Below are positions 27,653-38,082 of a stretch of DNA of 64,000 nucleotides, one piece after another. The position numbers and the translations under genes are program-made. The stretch is from Tubulanus polymorphus (taxonomy: Eukaryota > Animalia > Nemertea). The DNA is taken from the NCBI RefSeq assembly GCF_964204645.1, contig NC_134026.1, forward strand, positions 26,260,150-26,324,149, given 5' to 3'. The notes below the pieces were generated by a model that did not search any database, had not been told where the DNA came from, and saw nothing but the letters and a program-made list of their open reading frames with translations. Each line of letters begins with the position of its first letter. Positions within the stretch are counted from its first letter, which is position 1.

Positions 27653-28831
27653 CCCAGTCAGAATTAACCAAATACTTAGTGCATATCTGATTTTGATGAT
27701 TTACAGTCTCAATTCATTTTAGCATATCATGATTGAATGCTCGACTAACTCAATAGCATGACACTGAAATACTTATCACTGATTTTCAATACAAACCATG
27801 ATCTAGATAAATAATTAGTTAGTGAATATAGGAATCATAAATATGTTCATCAAAGATTTTTCATGATTGTCTGTAAGTCGAGAACTAAAGGTTTTGTTTT
27901 GAGCATGAACTACTACTGGTAATAGATTTTTTTTTCGGGGTATACTTTTCTGATACTTCATGAGCCATGTAGAAAGATAGGTAATATTAGTCACATTAGG
28001 CAAATAGGATGGGATAAAAATCTTCATTATATACGAGATAGTTGATGCTAATAGTGAAGCTTCATTTAACATAACCAATTGTTGGATTTCTTTACAAATT
28101 TTCTACCTGTTATACCTGTAAGTGCTACAACACTAGTAAATATCAATTAAGCTATAGTGATGAAGCAAAGAAAATGAAATTGCATTACCGTTAACACCTC
28201 ATCACACAAAATTAAGCCATCATATGCTACGAACAAGTTTATTTACATGTTGTACGACAAACTTGTATCACAGATCTCTGGGGACCATGAGTTAAGAGTG
28301 AAGAATACAACAGAAAGATTAAATATTTGTACAACACACAATATTAATAGCTGGGGATCACTTCACTCTTCCAGATCATACCATATCTTACATTCTAGAT
28401 AAATGTTAAGATGCAACTCAGTTTACATGAATCATGCATTGACTATTGCAATGGTGAATGTGAACTTTACAGTTATGTCTATTCAATGAAAAACCTGATT
28501 TGTGTATGCATGGTTTTCAAAATGAATTTACATCAATAGTAAACAATAGATGTTTTCTAGTTAGTCATGTTCCAAGTTCACCGATGATATTGAAGCACCA
28601 GCAAGCACATTAGAAATTATCGGTACCCGGTAAGTGCCTGATGTACTGATTATATCAACCACCAAATTGTAACAAGACTAACTCTTAGAAATTGTTCAAG
28701 TTCATTTTCTAATTGGCCGAAGATCACAGTTCTTGCGTACAAACATAAATTCTAAGGATCAAATCCATTCATTATTTACTACAGATCACCTAAAAGAGGT
28801 TTTACACATTGAACTAATTTTTCCTCAAGTC

Positions 28832-31800
28832 TCATGAAACACGTCTTTCTTCTGGTACACACATGAATAGTTTCTGCATCCATAAGGTAGACTCATCTGA
28901 AAAAAAGATAAACCATGCATCAAGTATATATCAAAAGGAGAATAGTCTTAAGAGTGGCTACGGCAGTTGCTACAGTACCAGTGACAAAACTTACTCATAA
29001 AGTTAAGGAAGACCTTTGGTTTCTTCTCCCATTTCACAAAGATTATGTAAACAGGAATTCCTGTGGCAATTATAAGGCAACCGAAGCCAGTTTCAACCGG
29101 ACTGGCATATAGCGGCAGTACAACCAGGAAAACAGTACAACTCACATACAAAATCGGCCAAAACAGAGCCACCTGAAATGAAATAAGAAAACATGAGACT
29201 TATATATATATATCATGAAATAGCATAAACATGTGCATATCATGAAATAAAATTTGTTATTAATCATTAAGTTAATAGAAACAACTATGTATGTACCTTT
29301 ATTGGTCTGTTCATTTCTGGACGTTTCCAACGGAAATATAACAATGCTACGACAGATAAACCAATGGAGAGCCAGTTGACAAATCCAACATAGTTAATCA
29401 AAGCATACATATCAGTAGAACATAGGTAGATCAGAGATGTTAAACCCATGAACAATACAGCTGGAAGGGGAGTCATTCGCTGTACCTGAACCATACTCAA
29501 TATCTGAGGCATATGACCTTCACGCGCACCGACAAAAAATAATCTGAAAAGAGAAAAGAAGGCATCGAACTAAAAAGAATTTCAAAATTCACTTTCAGAA
29601 CTTAAGGACCTGAAATAAATGTAAATATAATTTAGATAATTCAGTATCTAACCTAAATTCAACTGACATTGATTAACCAGAACAATAGCCAAAGTAAACA
29701 TACCCTAATTTTAGCAGTTAAGATATTTTACTTTTCTGACGTTCATGAAAACGATCAAAATCAACTAGCACAACAACAATAACCGATTTATCAATCATTC
29801 TAAATCAATGCTAGAATTGACACCTACCGAGAAGTGGTGAAGAGAACACCATTAACACCCCCGAATGTTGACAGCGATACAAAGATCGGCATAACCCACC
29901 ACATAATTCCATACAATCTCTTCGAGAAAGTCTGCAAAATAATCAAGAAACTCTAGTAGTCATCAGTCTTCAATGAAGGTTTGCGTGGGGTAATTTAATC
30001 GAAACTTTCATTGATAATATTGACATCAATCAGGACACCTCAGATCATTAGTAATCCTCATTGAATTTTGATACGTACCACGGCTACAGCAGACGATTCT
30101 AATATTTCGTCAGGCATAACAGTAGTGAAATATGCCACATTTGCAAACACATACACTACCATTACCAAAATACAGGAGATCCATATAGCTTTCGGCAAAT
30201 TCCTAGAACGAGAATTGGATTTCAATGTGAAATCAATCAATTATGGGCATATCAACATGATGAAACCATATAAAAATGAATGCTTACTTTACTGGATCTT
30301 TCAGTTCCTCAATTACATAGTTCAAGTAATTCCTGTAAGAAAAATTTCATTTATTCATCCATCTTTCTTTACATAAGTACTTCTAGTTTGAGACATGTAG
30401 TGACTTTTAACACATTTAAGCCTAACATAGCTAATTTTCCTTATACCTACCAACCATTATATGCAAATAAACCAGAATAAAATGCCAATGATATTTCGCC
30501 CACGTCTGTTTTAGAATTTTCGAACGGATTTTTGAAGGCTTCATACTTTCCTAAGAAAAAAATTAATTTCAAACAAAATTAATTCTACAGTGGACATTAT
30601 AAATCAATACCATGACTGGATAAACATGATCACTACAAGTATTACATTGGGAGAGGCCAGGAAGGTTAGAAACTGATGACATAATGCTATTGATACGAAC
30701 AAGAGATATTTTATCCTTCAATCAGTCATTTGTAGATCGATCGCCGAGAAATCAATACTAAGTTACTTAGTGGAGATTTACGTTAGAAGAAAATCAATCA
30801 ATTTTCATGATAGAAAGTGCCACTAAGTATTACAAAAGTAATCAGTTTATGCTTGCAGCTACGTTAGATGGGGCCGAAGAGAGATAAAAGAAATAACAGG
30901 CAGAAACCCTGATAGGAATTTCATCTATCGGTATATCACACCACTAAATATGACATAGCTGTTCTTTATACCTTAGTTTCTTTTTCAGCTATAAATTGAA
31001 CTCAAACAAACCTCTTCCTATTTGAACAAATCCAGTGATGATGATCAGTATTAGTGCAAGAACTTTCGCATACGTGAATATATCTTGAACTCTGGTTGCC
31101 CATTTCACATCAGCACAGTTAACAAATGTTAAAATCGCTGAAAATACACATAAAGACCAGCATTATTATATCTGTACAAATTAGGGGCTTTACTGTTCTC
31201 ATCTGAACAATCATCGGAGTATGATGACGTAGAATAGAAAACATTAAGGTCATCAAACATTGGAATTGTCATAACTATAACTAGAATAGCTACCATATAG
31301 TGATTCAGCTGTAGAAAAGTATAAACTATAACAAAAATCATTTCTATCTACTGGAAAAACTATTGTAAGCTTATATTACATTATGACATAAATTTGCTTA
31401 CTGGTTTATTTATATCCAGCTGTCATCGAAATGAAATTAAAATTTCAACAAAAAAATTATATCAATTTCTGTAATAGCAGCTGTAACCCAATTCATGTTT
31501 AAACTACCAGTAGGCCTGGCCTATAAGTAACCTGCTGAAGCATGAATTGGGGACTCTGGTGTGAAATGACATTGCCATTCATAATCTTGATAAATTGTGT
31601 CTTTTGTCTTAAATGGTGCGCCAGGTTCAACTAACAACCCAATTTTATTGAGTGTGGACCCATAGGAAAACTAGTTTATTATTACCAGCATGGTAGTACT
31701 TCAAATGTGACCATTCAATGAACCATATGATAATAGAGCTATTTGAGTAAAGCCTCCACATTACTCGGCGACTGACTACTACTATCTACTATGAAATAAC

Positions 31801-32728
31801 ATACAGGTCTGAAATGAGAGACCATGCAGATGCTAAAACTAATAAAAATTTATATTCTAAATCCAGCATTAAATAAACTCAATCAAAATCTAACAAAAAT
31901 TTCACTAATTCTGTGTACGATGAAAATCCTAACGCATATGAACTCAAAATACTAATCTGAGTTTATCTAGAAATACATAATTTGCCTAATTTTTGGATTG
32001 GATGACCGAAATTTGAAGTCAGAGTTAATTAGAAAAAGAACTATGGTACTTTTGATCGAGTATGTCTGATTTTTTTAGAGCTTTCCAATATCGATAGCTG
32101 GTTTTCCGGTAACCAATTGTAACTAAGTCATGTTTACACTATACCTTTCGTGTACATGATACTTACCAATACAAACAGTTGCCAATAGCCTGACAGCTGT
32201 ATCAGGCTGATCACAGTCTGGAAACAGTGGCTCTATAACATAGTACGCAAATGTAAGGGCGACAATTGCCTGAGAACATGGGCGGACTATCATACACTCG
32301 ACCCATAGACGTAAAAACGCTAATAATGGTCCAAATGCTTCAAATATATACGCGTAGTCAGCTCCAGATCTCGTTATTAGAAGTCCTAATTCGGCATAGC
32401 AATACGCGCCTACCATTGAAAACAGTCCGCATAATATCCAAACTATCAGCGATGTACCGACACTTCCACAACCATCCAGCACTCCTTTAGGGCTGACAAA
32501 AATTCCGGAACCGATGATACTGCCAACGATTACTGTAATTCCGTTGATGAGGGTAACTTTTGGTTTGAGATTAACAGCTTCATTTCCAGCGGCTGGTGGC
32601 GGTACATCACCATTCACGGCTGTTTGTTCATTGTCCACTAACGGAGATAAACCAGTTCCTGAACTTGAAGGTCCATTTGGAGGAGTAACTGGCTCGTACT
32701 CCTTTTGAGGCGAGTTGCGCTTCGACAT
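28832..32728 (-). CDS. SLC7A5: SLC7 L-type amino-acid transporter light chain (LAT1/LAT2-like), isoform A: first exon 32167-32728 plus 8 shared exons within 28832-31137
   Basis: TM1 [20 protein letters not shown], heavy-chain cysteine [37 protein letters not shown] and GAREGHMP; stop TGA at 28832-28834. The exact vertebrate ortholog (SLC7A5 vs 7A8 and others) cannot be assigned here. Confidence 0.93.
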
Positions 32729-32815
32729 TTTCAGACAAAATCTAGTGCCGAATGTATGACCGTGCTACTATATATGTCTGTCAGTTATATCAGGTGTGTC
32801 AAGATAACAGCTGTT

Positions 32816-33150
32816 CTTTTATAATAAGAACTTGACGATCAGGCGTCTAGAACAATTGATGACGCAATGAGTCCAAAAGCAGTCTCCTCAGTTACTATCG
32901 TAGACAGTGTTACTCACGTTTAAAAACCCGGAAGTAGAAATTCCACGTTACGATTTTCTTCAAATTTACCGGTTTATTAGTAGATTTTCACGTGATCTTC
33001 TAGTTCAGATCATTTCCAAGATATCCACATGTCGCCGATAAATTAATTGTCAACTTGAAGGCGGTGTAAAGCTACAAATGTCCGTTGACACGTACAAAAC
33101 TTCACGAAATTCTATCACGACCACGCTTCAGCAGCGCCAATAACCACGTG
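32816..33150 (-). promoter_or_regulatory. Candidate promoter of SLC7 exon A
   Basis: TATAAAAG (minus strand, 32816-32823). C/EBP-ATF composite TGACGCAAT at 32860-32868. E-boxes TCACGTGA at ~32988 and CACGTGAC at ~33145. Confidence 0.5.
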
Positions 33151-34115
33151 ACTTTAAATGCGGCCCATTTATCGACGGGGCATAGAGGTCATGCAAAATG
33201 GAACTATGTCTTTCAAGAACAAAATCACACGGAACAATTATTCCGAGATTACACTTAAATAATAACGATTACTTAAATTTTGTTATATATGATATTTCGC
33301 TAAAATATATCCCGTTTTCAATAATCTTGAAATGAGCTACGGCTAACGAGGGAAATAATAAACTATTCCAAATACGTCATTGATCTCGGGCCAATCAACA
33401 CCTAGAATGAAGTTATGAATGAACACCCACGTGCACTTGTTTACTACACATTGAATACTATACTACACACGACCAAAATTCAAAACAATAGCGCGTATAG
33501 CATATATCGAATATACGACATAATGTCCATCGCATATCATACACTCTGAAAACTATCACATGTTTTCTATGGTGGCCGACCCGTGCCATATTGAAAAAGT
33601 ATAATTGATCAGTCCCCACCAATCATCTTTTTTACATTTTTGCTCGTTTCGACCAAAATCCCGCAAATGTTCGTTTCAATGTCGGTCTTTATTTCATTTA
33701 ACGTGGTATTTTTCGTCTTAAGGTCGTAAATCCAACTTGTCGTTTTAAACGCGCCGGAATGAACAAAATGAGACACAAACATTTTCCTTTAGATTACCAC
33801 GCCGTAGTTTGAAAGTAGGATAAGTGTCTAAAACGACAATTTGGATTTAACGCCACAAAATGAAAAGCGTTAAAAAAGAAATTTGTGCCGGCAGATTGCC
33901 GTGCCATATCTCTTATCAATGCGCCCCGAATAAGCCATCATAATTTTTGCATATCTGCTAAAATCTCGGGCTAGCATTTCATTTCGGAAACGCGATAGTA
34001 CCGTGGAAAATGTCTTACAAACGTCTCTACGTGTCGTCAACTTCGAGACCGTCGATTCTGGATTTGTTTTATAGATCGCCAAAAATATGCAAATACATTT
34101 TATCATGACTTTGTA

Positions 34116-34962
34116 TAGTCAGTAACCTGTCTGTGGTTTAGTTTCACAATCGGATATTTTCACAAACCACAGTCAGGAATGGGAAGGTCATTTTTGTATG
34201 AAATCTTCGTCAGCCAATTTGACTGACGAGTAATTTGCCTGGCATTTCATTGTCTCTTAAGATATCCGTCTATTTTTTGTTGTAATCGACGCACAACAGA
34301 TTCGTTGTTTGTCTGATACCTATAACACCTCACCTGACGATCTTAATCCATGTGCAAATCGGCCGTAAAGTGAGAGTAAATTTCCGTCGGGTCAACAGCT
34401 GCCATTTTGAAAATTACTGGAGGTGCTGGCACCTGTGGACTGAGGCCAGGACAACAGCACAAACTAACGAAGCGAAACGACGAAATTGAAAAAAATTAAG
34501 AAATCAACACTTATTCACATTTTTCTTTTACCAGAATTTATTATTTTGTAATTTAATATGGAAAACCTGAAGATTTGAAATATAAGTTGGAAAACCATCA
34601 AAAATAAAAATTGTCGTTTCGTCTTGAAAGTTTTATATAAATCCTTGTAGGTCCCCTTGTCTTATCATGCCACATGTGCAATACAGAGAAATGGCGGCCA
34701 ATGGCGAAATTGGTGGAGAAATTAATTAATTTCTCAAAATAATGTTGATTAACCACTCGAAACATACATAAAATTGGATTATTTCGAAAGGTACCTGTGT
34801 TAGATTGTGAATTAAGCCATTAATTGTGGACTGAAGTGAATAGAAAGTATATTTTTGAAGTGTTACTTTTTTCAACCGTGTTTTGGTCCTTGTCATCCCT
34901 AACGTTGGTATAAGCCCATCCGATTATAAAAAGCTTACCACCAACGATTAGGTAACTAACTA
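34116..34962. mobile_element. 847-bp non-autonomous DNA transposon (long copy) with perfect 9-bp TSD GACTTTGTA
   Basis: Same termini as 25577-25691. TSD copies at 34107-34115 and 34963-34971. No transposase ORF. Confidence 0.88.
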
Positions 34963-35888
34963 GACTTTGTATAGGCCTACTCGAAACGGTATAAACTATA
35001 TTTCATTAAAAATCAGACCCTCATCTAAGAGGACAAGTGAAGCAGTTTCTTGAGACATTATCCTCGGCCCATACATCGTTTGGTTAGAGATCACCTGATA
35101 CATCATCTGACCATTAATATTATGATTTACTCTACGAATTGGTTGTCCTATTCCCCTCGCACTATATTTATTCATGTTTGCCAAGTTATCATTCGGAAGT
35201 TTGCGTGCATCTAGCGTAGAAGGCCATCCATTGGAAAAAGGGAAACTCTCTATTGATTATTCCTTAGTTTTTGTATATTTCAGACCTTACCATCATAGCG
35301 AACGAACCCCCTTTTTTCGGCTAGGTTTCTTCATTTTTTACTACATAGTTTTGTAAACAGCTTAATACTACGTATTTGTAAAGATATTATACATATTAAA
35401 TAAAACAAACACGCAATTGTTGTAATTTGTTTCTCCTCACGGTTCTCGTGTTTTTTTCCCGGAAGGTAATCACTCAAGGTGGCAGGAAAACGCTTTAAAT
35501 CGCTCCTTATTTCCAAACCCCCCGTGGGGACTTCGAACCTCAGGTCCTTTTCAAAGGCGCCTTACTAGATTCGCCAAATCGCCGATGATCGAACCCCCTA
35601 AAAATATCTATGTCCCGAATATCCTATGACCATGATGCTAGGTTTTCTATATAACGTACACAGCTCTTGACGTTACATACTATTAACTTAAAATGTGGTT
35701 TCAGATATTCAACAAATGACATTGAACGCGCATGACCTCTTCACTCTTTCACCCCGAGAAAACAATTTCATCACATCTTAATCGTGTCGCGCGTGAAAGA
35801 AATGAATGCCGCGTAGTAGAAAAATATAGGAAATATGGACAATGAGGTGACATTTAACAAACCTTCGCCTCACTCGCTAGATACTTAC

Positions 35889-36420
35889 TTATGCAGCCGG
35901 CAGCAAGAAGGACCACCGATGTTCGTGGCTGATCACATTCTGGGAAAATTGGTTCAAGCACGTAATAAGCAAATGCCAACGCTATGATAGCCTGAGTACC
36001 TGGCCTGACAATCATACACTCCACCCAGAGCCTTAAAAATCCCAGAAATGGTCCAAATGCGTCAGAGATGTACGAATAGTCAGCGCCTGACTTTTTTATC
36101 ATAGTTCCCAATTCGGCATAACAGTAGGCACCACATAGCGAAAATAATCCACACAGTAACCAAATAATTAGTGATATACCAACACTTCCAGAATGTTCAA
36201 GAACTCCAGTCGGGCTGATGAATATACCCGAGCCTATTATGCTACCAACAATTACAGTAACTCCATTTAAAAGTGAAACTTTTGGCTTGAGATTTACTCC
36301 TTTTTGACCATCTCCAGTATCTGATTGTTTGACTTCTTGAAGCAGGTTTTCCGGCCCTTCTGGTGATTTAACCACGGAACCATCTCCGGCTCCATTCGCC
36401 GATTTATCATCCACATTCAT
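35889..36420 (-). CDS. SLC7 alternative first coding exon B (N-terminus to TM4)
   Basis: Intact ORF from the ATG at 36420, paralogous to exon A. Ends TGC ATA A|GTAAGT (phase 1), in frame with the exon-2 acceptor at 31137. Confidence 0.85.
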
Positions 36421-37006
36421 AGTTTTAATTCTGTTTTATTTATATGCGAAATTGCTGAAAAACTCTTTTAATAAAAATAGAGTTTTCCACGAGCGGATAG
36501 CATATGTCGGTCGTCTCGCAACGTCCGTGGAATGAAACACCTTGGAGATACGACAACGCGGATGCTTTATATTGCCATCACTACGTCACCCACACACGCG
36601 ATGATATATTTCTTTTTTCCATGTTTGAACTCAGAACAATCGTCCGTACATTTGAAAAGTGGCTCATATCTAAATGGCTGTGAAAAGTAATCATGTTATC
36701 TCCTCAAAATCAGAATAATTGATAGCAAAGTTCGCATATAAAAGAATAGATAAGCAGAATGGGCTAAATGAATAACCAACAAATTTACCAAACATTGTGC
36801 GTGTCAAAGCCTTTTGCAACCATCTGATATATAACTTTTCCTGTACTGGCATTTTTCCTGGTTTTTAGGCCAGTGAGCCCTTTGGTCAGAAAATATGAAT
36901 TAGGTAGGCCTATATCAGATGGCCGCCGTGCTTTTCGTTTGGATAGAAGTACTGATAGATCTTTTGAAAAACACCAAAAGTTGTAAAACAAATTCATCAT
37001 TCTTAC

Positions 37007-37502
37007 TTATGCAGCACATCGCTAGAAAGACAACGCCCAGTTCAGGTTCTTTGCAATCAGGAAATAGTGGTTCCAGAACGTAGTTTGCAAATACTAATGC
37101 CATAATAGCTTGTGTAGCTGGTCTTATGATTGTCACCTCTACCCATAAGCGTAAAAAGCCAATAAATGGTCCAAATGCTTCGGACATGTAGGCATAATCG
37201 GCGCCTGATTTTGTGATGATAGTTCCCAATTCGGCATAACAATAAGCTCCACACAAGGAGAACAGTCCACACGCCACCCAAACGACCAGTGACGAACCGA
37301 CACTTCCAGCATGCTTCAACACACCAGTTGGAGCCACGAAAGGTCCAGATCCTATGATGCTACCAACTATAAAAGTTACTCCACTGAACATAGAAATTTT
37401 AGGCTTTAAATACACCTTTTTATCATCGTCCGCAAAACCATCTTCTCTCAGTGAAGAAAGAATATTTTCCTGAATATCATCGTTAACAGCAGAGTGAGCC
37501 AT
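37007..37502 (-). CDS. SLC7 alternative first coding exon C (N-terminus to TM4)
   Basis: Intact ORF from the ATG at 37502. Ends TGC ATA A|GTAAGA (phase 1). It is only ~590 bp from exon B, leaving no room for its own downstream exons. Confidence 0.82.
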
Positions 37503-38082
37503 TTAAAATCCATACAAGTCCTTCGTTCGAATAACTAAGGCCCAGGACACACCCGATATCCGCAATAAAGGGCTTATCTTCAACTCAGGGTATCTTCCAA
37601 TCAGCGACTTTAGGTCTGTTCAAACAACAAATCGGATTAAATACGTATGAATGCGTGAAAGATTTCAATTGAAAGAAATATAAATCATATGTAAAACGAT
37701 GTTTTTATTTGTGATACGAAACTATCAGTTTCTAATAATGTATGTATGTATATATTCGTAGTAAAACATATAAGAATTATAGTTGTATGAATTAACAATC
37801 GAAGGAAAATTTGATGAAAACGCTAACACGAAATTTAAAATCACCAGTAAGATCCGGTATTATATATCTTTTCTTCGTAAGACGCCATAACTGTGGAAAT
37901 GATAAATTTAGCTTTATTTGGCAAGTTTTACAATAGAAAGCCCACACCATGATTTATCATGGTATACACATGGTTTAACGTTTTCCAATAACCATCGTAT
38001 AAAGTGAATATTTTCCTGTAAAATCGGTCAGTGTCAGTGGGTCCCGGAATTTCATATTTGGTGCATCAGTCGGTTATGTGGT

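Noticed and set aside
33611-35531. AGTCCCCAC / GTGGGGACT inverted pair as the ends of a larger TE
   Set aside because: Only a 9-bp match and no TSD.
35854-37502. Two additional complete SLC7 genes
   Set aside because: No exon-2-onward sequence (WATRVQD, YNGW and so on) follows either exon, and the spacing is too short. They are better explained as alternative first exons.
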